This document shows, in pieces, positions 23,538 to 35,360 of a stretch of 64,000 bases of DNA (the stretch's first letter is position 1; the number at the start of each line of letters is the position of its first letter). The DNA is from an uncultured Methanoregulaceae archaeon. GTDB taxonomy: Archaea; Halobacteriota; Methanomicrobia; Methanomicrobiales; Methanospirillaceae. A program made the translations under genes and the position numbers. The DNA is taken from positions 352,001-416,000 of the forward strand of contig OY970343.1 in NCBI GenBank assembly GCA_963717525.1, read 5' to 3'. The notes under the pieces are model-generated. The model saw only the letters and a list, made by a program, of their open reading frames with translations, was not told where the DNA came from and did not search any database.

Positions 23538-24205
23538 TCATCCCGATTTCATATCCTTTGAATGCTGACTCCCCGTTATATCCTGGTACACCGCCAATAA
23601 AAATAAATCCGGAAAAATCCATTGCAAAGGGGGATTCTGCAAATACCAGTGTCATTTCAACATCCAGCCATGCAGGCACACACGTAGATGTGCCCCGTCA
23701 TTTTTGTGAGAGTGGTTTTTCAGTCAGGGATGTTTTTCAGCGCGTGAATTCTTATTCGCCGGTATATTGTATTGATCTTCCCGTTACAGGGGAGGAATCG
23801 ATCCGGCCTGAGGATCTGGATGAAAAACTTGCCGGCAAAGAAGATGCCATAGTGCTCCTTATCAGGACAGGAACCGGTGAATTGCGGGATTCAGATCCCC
23901 GGACTTATGCAACTACACATCCCTGGGTACATCCCGGGATCGCTCCTTTCCTCCGCAGCAGGTGTCCGCACCTTCGCATAGTAGGAATTGATACGATATC
24001 GATATCAACACCATCACACCGGCAGGAGGGCAGAGAAAGCCACCGTGCATTCTTGTGCGATGAGGCACCCATATTATTACTGGAAGATGCAGACCTTTCA
24101 TTGGTAACTTCCAACAATAAATTCACACTGATATTATTCCCATGGCTTATCGGAGATCTTGATGGTGTTCCGGTCACAGCATTCCTCACAATAAACCCCT
24201 GTTAA
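23534..24205 (+). CDS. cyclase / kynurenine formamidase-family metal hydrolase
   Basis: HAGTHVDVPRHF, LLIRTG, VGIDTISI and DGVPV. Confidence 0.85.
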   Translation: MIIPISYPLNADSPLYPGTPPIKINPEKSIAKGDSANTSVISTSSHAGTHVDVPRHFCESGFSVRDVFQRVNSYSPVYCIDLPVTGEESIRPEDLDEKLAGKEDAIVLLIRTGTGELRDSDPRTYATTHPWVHPGIAPFLRSRCPHLRIVGIDTISISTPSHRQEGRESHRAFLCDEAPILLLEDADLSLVTSNNKFTLILFPWLIGDLDGVPVTAFLTINPC

Positions 24206-24229
24206 AATACTGACAGTCCGGAGCCGGAA

Positions 24230-25663
24230 ATGTCTGAAAAAGAACTTGAAGTCCAGCGTCATGGCACGATGTATCTCATATCATCAATAGGAATCACCCT
24301 TGTCGGGTTCCTTGCCACGATGTTTTATGCACACTGGATTGGACCGGGTGTCTTGGGACAGTATTTCTTATTTCTTTCCTGTTTTGCTATTGCAAGTCTG
24401 TTCACGGATCTGGGGATTGGATATGCGGCAACTTACCGTATCTGTGAGGGAAAGGACCCGGATGAATTTTTTTCCGCAAGTATTGTATTAAGGGTATCAC
24501 TCTGGCTTATCGTCGCAGTGGTCATGCTGGTGTTCCACAATTATTTCGGAACACTTGATCAGACAGGTCTGCTCTGGATTCTTATCGCTGTGCTGGGAAT
24601 TTCGACACTGGTCTCGTCCTGTGGTACCGCCATTGGCGCCAGCAACCGGCTGGGTCTTGCCGCATCGGTCAGTCTGATACAAAACATTACCCAGATTGTC
24701 ATCCAGGTTATCGCTGTTTTTCTCGGATTTAAGGTGTACGGCCTGATTGGAGGCCTTTTCGCCGGGCTGTTAACGGAAATCGTTATCGAAATAAAATATA
24801 TTGACTACCAGTTGAAAAAATTCCACTGGTCCCATGTTAAGAGTATTTTCTCTTTTTCCAGCTGGGCGTTCCTGTCAACCTTTTGCACCACCCTCTTCGA
24901 CAATACGAACCCGCTTATTATCGCATATTTCATGCCCATCTCCGATGTAGGAGTTTTCGGGGTGTGCTGGACGTTTACTGTATTCGCATTGTTCGTAAGC
25001 ACTGCTCTCTGTAATACCTTATTTGTAAAAGTGAGCAGGTGGAGATCGGCTGGCGACTGGGATGCCATCACTATCGCTCTTTCCCGGGCAACATCGTATT
25101 CTCTCATCCTTGCCATTCCCATGTTAATCGGTGGTGCGATTTTGGGAGGGCATCTATTATATTACGTGTATGGTGCCTCATTTGCAATAGGTGCAACTGC
25201 ACTTGTGATTATAATAGGGGCCAGGGTTGTGCAATCTGTGTTGCTACTTTATTCGAATTTTTTAATGGCAACAGATCATGTAAAACACCAGTTCTTCGGG
25301 CTTTTTACCGGAGTCATTGTAAATATCCTTCTGGCGTGCATTTTAATACCGGTATGGGGATTGCCGGGAGCGGCAGTCGCATCGCTTTCCAATGCAATGG
25401 TAAGCGCGATCATCTGCAGGCATTATCTTCGTAAGGTTATCCTGATTCAGATCGAGATGAAAACTATCCGGGATATCCTCATCTCAACGGGAATTATGGC
25501 CATAATCATTCTTCCTGTGGATTTATTCCTGAACCAGAGCCTCCTGGCTACTGCAGCAATGGTTGGTCTTGGTGCCATCATATACCTGGCAGTACTTTTC
25601 ATAATTAATTCACAGATACGCGAAGATGTCCTTAAAACAGTAAAAATCCGGTGGATATCCTGA
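24230..25663 (+). CDS. oligosaccharide flippase (MOP/Wzx-like)
   Basis: 477-aa polytopic membrane protein with DLGIGYA and LIPVWGLPGAAVA segments. Confidence 0.85.
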   Translation: MSEKELEVQRHGTMYLISSIGITLVGFLATMFYAHWIGPGVLGQYFLFLSCFAIASLFTDLGIGYAATYRICEGKDPDEFFSASIVLRVSLWLIVAVVMLVFHNYFGTLDQTGLLWILIAVLGISTLVSSCGTAIGASNRLGLAASVSLIQNITQIVIQVIAVFLGFKVYGLIGGLFAGLLTEIVIEIKYIDYQLKKFHWSHVKSIFSFSSWAFLSTFCTTLFDNTNPLIIAYFMPISDVGVFGVCWTFTVFALFVSTALCNTLFVKVSRWRSAGDWDAITIALSRATSYSLILAIPMLIGGAILGGHLLYYVYGASFAIGATALVIIIGARVVQSVLLLYSNFLMATDHVKHQFFGLFTGVIVNILLACILIPVWGLPGAAVASLSNAMVSAIICRHYLRKVILIQIEMKTIRDILISTGIMAIIILPVDLFLNQSLLATAAMVGLGAIIYLAVLFIINSQIREDVLKTVKIRWIS

Positions 25664-25920
25664 AAAAGTGAGAGAAAACAACACGGCATACCAGATTATA
25701 AAATATAAAATACATGAAACCGTCGGGGAAAATGGTGACTATAGTATAACGGTATTATCTATGCTCCTCCTTCTCATCACTCATGGTCGAAAAACCCACA
25801 CCCGGCGCTGGGCGAAGGTGAACGGATTTACAGCGCAGTTAACTTAGGCTGATGATAAAGACGACAAACCAGCTGTTGAATTGAAGGTGATTGGAGTTCA
25901 CAACGCATTCTGTCGATCTT

Positions 25921-27785
25921 TTACTGTGCCGAAAGGGAGAACACCTTCGCCCAGCGTTCAAGAGCAAACAGGTTCCAGACAAGGAGTGGGGAACGACCTG
26001 ATGTAGGCGTTCTCAGATCTGCCAATAATTTTGTCAGTTTTGCCGGAGTGACCACGTTCCTGCAGAACGAGCCGTCCTCGAGAGTCTGCGTGGCCACTTC
26101 CCGCATCTCTCCTGTCATCCATGCCTTGTAGGGGACACCGAATCCTTTTTTTGGCCGGGCAAATATTTCCGGGGGGACAATCCCCTCTAACGCCTTTCGC
26201 CAGATATATTTCTCGGTTTTTTCGCGTATTTTGAACTCCGGGGGGATTGAAAATGCAAAGGAGATCAATTCTTTATCCAGGATGGGCACTCGTTCTTCCA
26301 CGGAATTTGCCATGGTTGCCTTGTCTGCCTTCATCAGGTAGAGATCTGGCAGATGGTTTCTGCAGTCGAATGCGAGCATCCGGTTGAGGGGACTGGTTAC
26401 ACCCTCGGGCTCAACGATCGGGGTTTTCCATCCCGGACAGTCCGTGTTCCCCAGCCAGCGGAGTTCGTCAGAGGTAATGCCGGTAATCTGCCAGGAATAT
26501 TGTTGCGCACGTTCAAGTGTTTCCTGGCCGAGGTAATGCGCATAAACAAAAGTGTCGTTGTGCGCCGGGTTACCGGCTCCGGGGAATGCTGAAATGAGCC
26601 TGTTGATGGCCTGTCGTGGGAATTTTGGAAGTGAAAACCACCGCTGCCATGCAAGCCCGGCGCGGTAACTGGAATACCCCCCGAACAGCTCGTCCGATCC
26701 TTCTCCGGCCAGTACCACTTTTACAAACCTCTTGGCAGCCTGCGACAGGTAGTAATTTGCAATAATTGCCGCGTCACCGAGGGGCTCATCGAAATGCCAG
26801 GTAATCCGGTCAAAGTCACGGATTACCTCCGGAACCGAGATCCTGACCTCGTGATGTGCGGTGTCAAGGGTATCCGATAATGTGCGAGCATAATCGCTGT
26901 CTGGATTATCATCCCCGAAGCAGGCTGTAAACGTATGAAATTCATAATCTACCATCGGCCGGGCAAGTGCTGTGATGCCGCTTGAATCGATTCCGCCGGA
27001 GAGGAATGATCCGATAGGAACATCGGCGGCCATCATCCGGAGCCGGGTCGATTCAGTGAGAAGGGCCAAAAGGCGTTTGATGCAGTAATCTTCGGTATAA
27101 TTCTCAATGGATTCGTGTATGGTCCAGTACCGGTGAAAGGAGCACTGTTTTGTTTCCAGCGACAATATCATACCGGTGCCGGGGGGACCTGGTAAATACC
27201 CTCAATTAATGTTTGCGAACCGGGAACGTACTGATTTTTGAGATATCCGCACAGGGCGGATCCGGATACACGGATGGGAATTTTCAATCCGGAAAATGCT
27301 GTAAGTATCGCTTTTATTTCAGACGCAAAAATAAGCTGTTTCCCGTCCCATGAATAATAAAGAGGCTTTTTTCCGATCGGGTCCCGGGCGAGAAGGATCT
27401 GTTTTTTCTTTTGATCATAGAGTGCGAACGCAAACATTCCCCGCAGCTGGTTCAGGAAACTTGGACCGGATTCCTCATATGCATGGACAAGGACCTCAGT
27501 ATCAGTCTGCGATGAGAAGGTATGGCAGTGAGCGAGCTGCTCCCTGATTTCCTCAAAATTGTATATTTCTCCATTATAGGTGATCCAGATCGTCCCGTCT
27601 TCATTCGAAAGAGGTTGTTTTCCCCGAGCCGACAGATCAATGATAGAGAGCCTCGTGTGTCCCAGGGTGACTACATCATCGGAAAAACGTCCACGCCCGT
27701 CAGGCCCGCGATGGTTCAGGGTATCCATCATACGGGTTATGAGAGCATCATCCTCAAACCCACAAAACCCGCAGATCCCGCACAT
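25921..27785 (-). CDS. asnB: asparagine synthase (glutamine-hydrolysing)-like amidotransferase (apparent frameshift ~27170)
   Basis: MCGICG, HRGPD, RLSIIDL, NGEIYN, LSGGIDSS, GEGSDELFGGY and RPKKGF. Confidence 0.9.
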
Positions 27786-27962
27786 CCTCGCTTCTCCTCT
27801 GGGACAAACCGGGAATTCCCACTGTTTGTCATTGACGATGCGTTACCGGGCGTGATATATCCGTAATGACAGCAACGTCTTACATAGATGAGAGATGGCA
27901 TACTATAAAACGTATTTTTACCAGTATCGCGAATATAGAATGATGAAACCCGGGAGTGCCAG

Positions 27963-28892
27963 ATGAAATATATTGTCACCGGCGGTGCGGGCTTTATCGG
28001 CTCACATATCGCGGAATACCTGTGCAGGAGGGGCGATGAAGTTATTATTTTTGACGACCTGTTCAGTGGCAGGCACGAAAATATCCGCGACCTCCTTGAG
28101 GAGAAAAATGTCACGTTCGTTGAGGGGGGTGTAACCGATCCTGACCTGCTGAAAAAAACTTTTTCCGGTGCGTATGGTATTTTTCATGAAGCGGCAATTG
28201 CATCGGTGCCGCGGTCCATAAAAAATCCCCTTGCCACACATGAGGCAAACATAACAGGCACGCTTAATGTTCTTATCGCAGCACGGGAGTGTGGAGTGAA
28301 AAAAGTGGTCTTTGCGTCCTCCTCCTCAGTTTATGGTGATACCCCGACCCTCCCTAAAAAGGAAGAGATGAAACCAAACCCGATATCCCCGTATGCCGTA
28401 TCAAAGCTGGCAGGGGAATATTACTGCCGTGTTTTTTCATCAGTATACAATATCCCGACGGTCTGCCTGCGGTATTTCAACGTGTTCGGGCCCCGGCAGG
28501 ACCCCAATTCTGAATATGCTGCAGTAATTCCCAGGTTCATTTTACGTATTCTCAATAATCAGCCACCGGTAATTTATGGAGATGGAAATCAGACACGCGA
28601 TTTCACGTACGTGGCAGATGTAGTCCAGGCAAATATTCTGGGGATGGATCGAAATATTGAGGGCGTGTTTAACATTGCCTATGGCAGCCGTATCTCCCTT
28701 AATGAACTGGCTGCAACATTATTGGAACTTGCAGATGTTGATCTTACTCCGGTTTTTGAACCTCCGAGGACAGGTGATGTCAGGCATTCACTGGCCGACA
28801 TCTGTTCTGCCCGTTCTTTATTAGGCTACACGCCAAAATACACAGTCACATCCGGGTTACAGGAGACATTACAATGGTACCAGAACCAATAA
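27963..28892 (+). CDS. UDP-sugar 4-epimerase (WbpP/TviC-like SDR)
   Basis: TGGAGFIGSH, AAIASVPRS, SSSSVYG, PYAVSK, LRYFNVFGPRQDP and TRDFTYV. Confidence 0.9.
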   Translation: MKYIVTGGAGFIGSHIAEYLCRRGDEVIIFDDLFSGRHENIRDLLEEKNVTFVEGGVTDPDLLKKTFSGAYGIFHEAAIASVPRSIKNPLATHEANITGTLNVLIAARECGVKKVVFASSSSVYGDTPTLPKKEEMKPNPISPYAVSKLAGEYYCRVFSSVYNIPTVCLRYFNVFGPRQDPNSEYAAVIPRFILRILNNQPPVIYGDGNQTRDFTYVADVVQANILGMDRNIEGVFNIAYGSRISLNELAATLLELADVDLTPVFEPPRTGDVRHSLADICSARSLLGYTPKYTVTSGLQETLQWYQNQ

Positions 28893-30122
28893 AGACCCCC
28901 ACGATCTGTATCGTCGGCCTGGGGTATGTCGGCTATCCCCTCGCTGAGGCATTTTCCCATCACCTCCCAACTATAGGTTTCGATATCGATAAAGCCCGGG
29001 TTGAATATGTCTGTAGCCAGGGTTCCCTGATCCGGGCCACGACGGATCCCTCCCGGATTCGAGAGGCAGATTACATCATGATCTGCGTTCCCACCCCGGT
29101 ACTGAAAAACAAACAACCGGATCTGGCGCCTGTCCGGAATGCTGCGGCGGTTATCGGGAAGAACTTGAAAAAAGGAGCAACAGTAATACTGGAATCAACG
29201 GTGTATCCCGGGGTAACGGAGGATATCGTAAAACCCATTCTTGAAACAGAATCCGGATTCCACTGTGGTAAGGATTTCAGGATTGGATACTCCCCGGAAA
29301 GGATCAACCCGGGTGACAAGGAGCATGAATTATCCGCTATAACCAAAATTGTCGCTGGCATGGATGCAGATACCCTTAATGATCTTGAAGGCATTTATGG
29401 GCTAGTTACCCACGTATATCGCGCAAAAAATATCCGGACTGCTGAGGCAGCGAAGGTTATTGAGAACATCCAGCGGGATCTCAACATCTCCCTTATGAAT
29501 GAGCTCAGCATTATCTTCAGTCGTATTGGTATCGAAACTGCTGATGTACTGGAAGCAGACCGGCACGAAATGGAATTTTCTCAGGTTCAGGCCCGGTCTT
29601 GTTGGCGGACACTGTATCCCGGTCGACCCCTATTATCTGGTCATGTGCGCTCAGGAAGCGGGGTATCATCCTCAGGTCATCCTCGCCGGGCGGGCCATCA
29701 ATGACTCGATGCCCAAGTATGTGGCAGAAATGACCATAAAAGCGCTTAATTCTGTGGAGAAAGTAATAAAGGGATCGAAAGTGCTGATCATGGGGCTCAC
29801 TTATAAAGAAAATGTTCCCGATATCCGCGAATCCCCGGCAGAAGAAATTGTTCATGAACTAAAAGAATATGGTGTGGATGTGTATGGGTACGACCCGCTC
29901 CTTGCTCCAGCCGTGATCAGTAAATTCGGAGCGTTTCCCGTTACCGACCTTACGGTAAAAACTGATGCAGTGATTGTAACGGTAGCTCACGATGCATTCA
30001 GGAAAATGCGTGTTGGCGACCTCCGGAGCCTGATGGGAGACCGACCGGTTCTCATCGATGTCCGCGGTATGATAAAACGCACGGATGCAGAGCGTGAAGG
30101 AATCTATTACCTGACCTTGTGA
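28874..30122 (+). CDS. UDP-N-acetylhexosamine 6-dehydrogenase (WbpO/TviB-like; apparent frameshift ~29560)
   Basis: GLGYVG, CVPTP, ESTVYPG, SPERINPG, AKVIENIQRD, GGHCIPVDP and GLTYKEN. Confidence 0.9.
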
Positions 30123-30176
30123 AGGGAGACAATATAAAAATGAATTGGACGTTTCTTTATGGTTCGTTCATTGAAT

Positions 30177-31208
30177 TTACTTGTTTTTAAGGAGTTCCTG
30201 ATGAATTTCAATCAGGCGCCGGATAAGTAAATCATCATTATAATGCGAGATCATCTCACATCTCCCTTTTTTACCCATCGTTTTTCGCTCACTTTCGTGT
30301 TCTTTCATCCAGGAAATTGCCTGACTCAGTGCCTGAGAGTTCTGAGGAGGTATCAGCAGTCCAGTCTCATGGTGATGGACAATTTCCGGGGTTCCACCAA
30401 CATTAGTTGCGATCATAGGAACTTCACATGAAAGACTTTCCATAATGAAGTTGGAAAGACCTTCTGTATAGGAGGGCAACAATGAAACATCTGCAGCATT
30501 AATCAGGGAAGGGATCGTATCCGGGGATAACTCACCGAGGTACCTGCAGTTATCGGGATGGGGAGGGACATTTCCCGGTCCGGCAAGTACAAAAAGGGAA
30601 TCAGGATGATCATGTGCCGCCGAAATAATTTCGTGAATCCCTTTCCATGGATGAAGCCGACCGACATATAAAAAAAGAGGTTTATCTAACGGCAGATCAA
30701 ACTTTTTTTTTGACAAGACAGGATCTTCAGGTTTAAAATGATCAGTGTTAACGCCACTACTTATGGCAGTAATCTTTTCTGGAACAGCGCCCAGTTCAAT
30801 AAGCCTTTCACGAATTTCCTGACTTGCGGTAATGATATGATCTGCCCGTCGTATCATTGAACGAGTAACTAACCGGTTCAGTTTGTTGGCGAAAGGGTAT
30901 ATCCGGCCATCGTCACCATGGAATTTCAGCACCAAAGGTCTATCTCGCTTTAAAAGGGCCGGTATGATACTGCTATGGGGGATGTAATGTGCCTGTAAAA
31001 TATCAATATCCGGTTTTAAGGCAAGATTAATGCTTTTTGCATAAAACGGGACATACCCGGATATTTTTGGGGAAGTCTTTACCGCCTTTTTTACGACAAT
31101 TCTATTGTCTTCGAGTTTTTTTACCATTCTCCAGATAAATATCCCCCGTAAATCATCCGCCGAAGTGGGATACATATTGGCAAAAAGTCCAAGAGTATAG
31201 GAATCCAT
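30177..31208 (-). CDS. glycosyltransferase family 4
   Basis: YVGRLHPWKG, PSYTEGLSNFIMES (EX7E) and TNVGGTPE. Confidence 0.88.
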   Translation of the reverse strand: MDSYTLGLFANMYPTSADDLRGIFIWRMVKKLEDNRIVVKKAVKTSPKISGYVPFYAKSINLALKPDIDILQAHYIPHSSIIPALLKRDRPLVLKFHGDDGRIYPFANKLNRLVTRSMIRRADHIITASQEIRERLIELGAVPEKITAISSGVNTDHFKPEDPVLSKKKFDLPLDKPLFLYVGRLHPWKGIHEIISAAHDHPDSLFVLAGPGNVPPHPDNCRYLGELSPDTIPSLINAADVSLLPSYTEGLSNFIMESLSCEVPMIATNVGGTPEIVHHHETGLLIPPQNSQALSQAISWMKEHESERKTMGKKGRCEMISHYNDDLLIRRLIEIHQELLKNK

Positions 31209-31215
31209 GATAATC

Positions 31216-32304
31216 CTAGATCACTCCCATCTCGCTCAACCGTGCCGGCAAATACTTCTTTGTCACAAAATCCAGCCCCCTCGCCGCAAATGCCTGCTGT
31301 TCTGACTTGAGACCCAGTTCGAGCTGTAAATGGATCTGCTTCTTCCAGTACTCGGTCGCAAACCGTGGATCGGTCAGCTCGGCATTCAGGGCCTCGACAT
31401 CCTTGTCGGATAATTTGTCGGATGGCAGGTTGTAGTCCCGGATATCGCTGGGCTGAAGCCCGAGGAACTGCGCTTTCGGGGTCGCGAGCAGCTCGGAGAG
31501 GTGCGCACTCTTGATGGCTCCGTAGGCCACCGAAGCGTAAATCCGGTACGACCACGGGTCCCCATCGGTAAAGACCAGGATCGGCAGGTTCCAGGTCTGG
31601 CTTATCCGGTTGAGCAGCCTGCGTGTTGACCGGGCCGGCTGGCCCTTGAGATGAAGGAGAATCGCGTTGTGCTCCTCGTCAAATCCGTTCTCAATAAGCC
31701 GGTCGTACATACCACCGGTCTCCATCGCGATGACAAATTTCGCATCGTGATCAACCAGCTCAAGATTCTCCACGTTGTTCGGGATAGAATACCCGGCTGA
31801 TCCCACGTCGTCCTGGCAGTGGATCAACTTGAGGCCCCGCCGGGTCGGCTCCCGGATCCGCATCGGGCCGTAGACACTTGCACCGTTTTCCTCGGGCCGG
31901 AGGTGGAAGCCTTCCCGGGGTACATCGGAGATGATCTCGAGGTCTTCCACAAGGAAGTTGCTCTCGTCCTGCGCGCCGAATTTCGCCCGCTTCCATCCCT
32001 CAGAGATGTAATACATCTCCCTGAGTGTCGAGGAGCGGTTCTCGATGAGCTGCTGCTTGACAAAACCGATCACGTAGGCCATTTTGAGGAGATGCGTCGC
32101 ACTCTTCGCGGTTGCCGCTGTCCGGAGGCTCTCCTTGTCCCCGTACTTCCAGACCTCGCTTGTATCATCGTACTCAATATTGTACTTCGTGCGGGTGGGA
32201 AGTGAGATGGACGGAATTTCCCCTCCTTTCATCTGGTCGTACCAGGAAGACGCGATCGCCATGAGCGCCTTCATCGAGCGTGCGTCGAGTTCCTCTTTAG
32301 ACAT
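31216..32304 (-). CDS. top6A: DNA topoisomerase VI subunit A
   Basis: STLREMYY (catalytic Tyr), AMETGG, KGQPARSTR and TDGDPW Toprim motif. Confidence 0.95.
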   Translation of the reverse strand: MSKEELDARSMKALMAIASSWYDQMKGGEIPSISLPTRTKYNIEYDDTSEVWKYGDKESLRTAATAKSATHLLKMAYVIGFVKQQLIENRSSTLREMYYISEGWKRAKFGAQDESNFLVEDLEIISDVPREGFHLRPEENGASVYGPMRIREPTRRGLKLIHCQDDVGSAGYSIPNNVENLELVDHDAKFVIAMETGGMYDRLIENGFDEEHNAILLHLKGQPARSTRRLLNRISQTWNLPILVFTDGDPWSYRIYASVAYGAIKSAHLSELLATPKAQFLGLQPSDIRDYNLPSDKLSDKDVEALNAELTDPRFATEYWKKQIHLQLELGLKSEQQAFAARGLDFVTKKYLPARLSEMGVI

Positions 32305-34100
32305 CGAGATCCACCACCATCTTCTTGTTGTCCTCTATGCCCCGGATGTCGAGCATGCCGCCGCCTTTCCCGGCATACGTGACGCGCCACACGGTCTGCC
32401 TGGGGACCGCCACCTTCCAGACTTTCGTAAACTGCCCGTCCATCTCGGTCGAGAATGCGGGTGGCATGTCAGCCCCGGCCGCGTTGTCCGCGGAGATATC
32501 GTAGACCGAGAGCTCGGCATCGGTCCCGGTATAATTGTTCAATTCGATCGTGACCCTGCCGTCCCGTGTCCACTTCTTTGCGATCAGCTTGCGCATCAAT
32601 CGGCCTTCTATTGGCGTGGTATCCACAACCGGCTTTTCCACGATCTCGCTCACCTTTGCCGCGATCTCTGGGATGACCGCACAGACCGCCCGGGCCCTGT
32701 CCTCGGCGAGCTTGTTCCGGTCCCTCCGCGAGAGAAACGTCTTGAGCTCCCGGCCAAGGTCCTGTAACGCGAGCACGATCTCCTTTTCGATCTCCGGGAT
32801 GCCTGCGATTGCATCCTTGCTCTCGCTCGTAAAGGGCACGTTGGTGGAGGCGACGTGGACAAGGATCAGGACCGGGCCCATGGGAAGGCCCTGCTGGGAG
32901 ATGGTGTACGACTTCCAGTTAACGTTTGCGACGCATTCGGTGATCGCGCATGCGCCCTGCTGGTACATGAGAGGGACCCGGTTTGCAAACCTGAGGATCA
33001 TCGCGTTTCCCTCGGGCTGGAGCCTGCCGCCGTATCCTATCGCCGCCTCGACCACGAACGGATGGCCGGAGTAGACCGAGCTCGGGCGGGTACGGGCGGA
33101 AACAAAGTCCATCTGGAACTCCTTGTCAAGCCCGCGCCGGATCAGTTCCTCTCCAATAGGCGAGAGGCACTGGGTTGTCGGCGGGGCGGGCACGGCGACC
33201 ACCTGCATCGCCGCGAGCAGGTTTTTGAGTTCCTCTGCAGAGAGTCCCTGCACTTTTGCGGTTGGCTTAAGCCCGGCCCGGTTGCACATCTCCTGCGCGG
33301 TCTTTTTTCCCACCCGGGAGAATCCGTTCACGAGGAAATCGATCAGTTTCCCGTCGCTTGCTGCGGCCATCCTTTTCGAGCTGCCCGAACTCGATCCCGT
33401 GCGGGTGGGGCTGGATCGCCACCGGGCACGCGATCACCTCCTGGCTCACGCGCTCGAACGTGAACGACTCGTCTTCCAGCTCCACCCGGAACCGGGCGTG
33501 GGGGTTGACGACCGAGGTGTACTTGAGATATTCGAGCAGCTTCTTCTTGGCCGACATCGTGCTCTTGAACTCGATCTGGACCCGGGTCCCGTGGATCCGG
33601 TCCCACTCAAAGGGCTGCTGGGAGATGATGTCGGGCTCGTTTGTCTCGATTTTTATCTGGATCTCGAACCGGTGCGCCAGCTCTTTGGCTCCGGTGCGCG
33701 AGATGACAACCGTGGCAAGGCCGCTTGTCAGCTGCGCGTAGAGCACGGCAGCGGAGATCCCGATCCCCTGCTGGCCCCGGGTCTGCCGGATCTGGTGGAA
33801 CCGTGAGCCGTACAGGAGTTTCCCGAAGACGAAGGGGACCTGTGCGGGGACGATGCCGGGGCCGTTGTCCTCCACGATGATCCTGAAGATCTCAGGTCCC
33901 GTCTTTTTGATGCTGATGTAGATGTCGGGGAGCACCTGCGCTTCCTCACAGGCGTCAAGGGCGTTGTCCACCGCTTCCTTGATGGTGGTAATCACGCCCC
34001 TTGTAGGGGAGTCAAATCCCAACAGGTGCTTGTTCTTCTCGAAAAATTCCGCGACACTGATGCTGCGCTGCTGCTTTGCGAGTTCCTCAGCGAGCACCAT
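32297..34100 (-). CDS. top6B: DNA topoisomerase VI subunit B (apparent frameshift ~33375)
   Basis: SVAEFFEKN, EAVDNALDA, DNGPGI, RGQQGIG, RFANRVPL and VPFTSESK. Confidence 0.95.
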
Positions 34101-35319
34101 GCGCCTTCACCTCGGCGATCGCCGCGGCCGGGTCAAGCGTTGTCTGCTCGCCCGAGTGGAGGTTTTTGAGGGTAACCTGGCCGGCTTCCGCTTCCCTCTT
34201 GCCTATAACTGCTGCAAAGTCCGCAGACCTGGACGCGTGGGCGAGCTGGGCCCCAAGGCTGCGGCCCATCAGGTCCATCTCCGCCCGGATCCCGGCGGCC
34301 CTGAACGCCCGGCCGACCGCGAGCGCAAAGCTGCGCCCCTCGTCCGTGCAGACAATACCGACCACGGTATCTTTTGCAGGCGCAACCTCACCCAGCGATA
34401 CCATCACCCGGTCAAAGCCGATTGCAAAACCGGCGGATGCGACATCGTCGCCGCCAAAAAGGTGCGCGAGCCGGTACGCCCCGCCGCCCACGATCTGGTT
34501 CTCCGCGCCGAGGTTGTGGGCAAAGCCCTCGAAGACCATGCCGGTGTAGTAATCCAATCCCCGGACGATCCCGAAGTTGAGCGAGTACACAATCCCGGCG
34601 TCGTCGAGGATCCCGGTCATCTGCTCCACTCGCTCTTTTTCGAGAATCGTCCCGGCGATCTCGAAGGCCTCCGGGAGCGTGCGGCAGGCCACGAGCGCGG
34701 TTAAGGATTCACCGAGATCGGCTTTACCCATGTCTGCGAGCGTGACCGTCAAACCCTCGAAATCCTTCTTATCGAGATGCGCCATCACCCGTCGCTGGCC
34801 TGTGGGTTCGAGATCTTTGAGGAGATTTTTCATGAACGCGAGATGGCCCACCTTGAGGTCCCATGTAATCCCGGTTGCGTTAAGCGCCTCAGCGGCAAGC
34901 ATGATCACTTCAGCATCTGCCATCGCGGTGTCGGCCCCGATCAGCTCCGCGCCGAACTGCCAGAACTGGCGGTACCGCCCCTTCTGCGGACGCTCGTACC
35001 GGAAGCAGTCGGCAAAGTAGCACCAGCGCAGTGGTTTCGGCGCGACCCTGGCCTCGTTGATGTACATCCGGATAACCGCAGCCGTGATCTCGGGGCGCAG
35101 GGCAAGACTCCTTCCACCCTTGTCCTCGAAGACATACATCTCCTGTATGATCCCCTCGCCCGACCGGAGCGTGAAGAGATCGAGATCCTCGAACTCGGGA
35201 GTGCAGACTTCCCGGTATCCGAAGCGGCGCACCGCCTCGCGCATCTTTGATTCGATATTGCGTCGCGCTTCCATCTCTTCGGGAAGGAAATCCCGTGTGC
35301 CTCGTGGTTTCTGGATCAT
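34087..35319 (-). CDS. hisS: histidyl-tRNA synthetase
   Basis: PRGTRDF, LRPEITA, FRYERPQKGRYRQF, VRGLDYYTG and GFAIGFDR. Confidence 0.96.
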   Translation of the reverse strand: MIQKPRGTRDFLPEEMEARRNIESKMREAVRRFGYREVCTPEFEDLDLFTLRSGEGIIQEMYVFEDKGGRSLALRPEITAAVIRMYINEARVAPKPLRWCYFADCFRYERPQKGRYRQFWQFGAELIGADTAMADAEVIMLAAEALNATGITWDLKVGHLAFMKNLLKDLEPTGQRRVMAHLDKKDFEGLTVTLADMGKADLGESLTALVACRTLPEAFEIAGTILEKERVEQMTGILDDAGIVYSLNFGIVRGLDYYTGMVFEGFAHNLGAENQIVGGGAYRLAHLFGGDDVASAGFAIGFDRVMVSLGEVAPAKDTVVGIVCTDEGRSFALAVGRAFRAAGIRAEMDLMGRSLGAQLAHASRSADFAAVIGKREAEAGQVTLKNLHSGEQTTLDPAAAIAEVKAHGAR

Positions 35320-35360
35320 GCCTGGTAAAATCCCTTATCTGTGTATTTCTCGCCGCACCA

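Noticed and set aside
25700..25920. Possible sRNA (CTGATGA, box C-like) between the flippase and asnB
   Set aside because: No convincing box D pair, terminal stem or other support.
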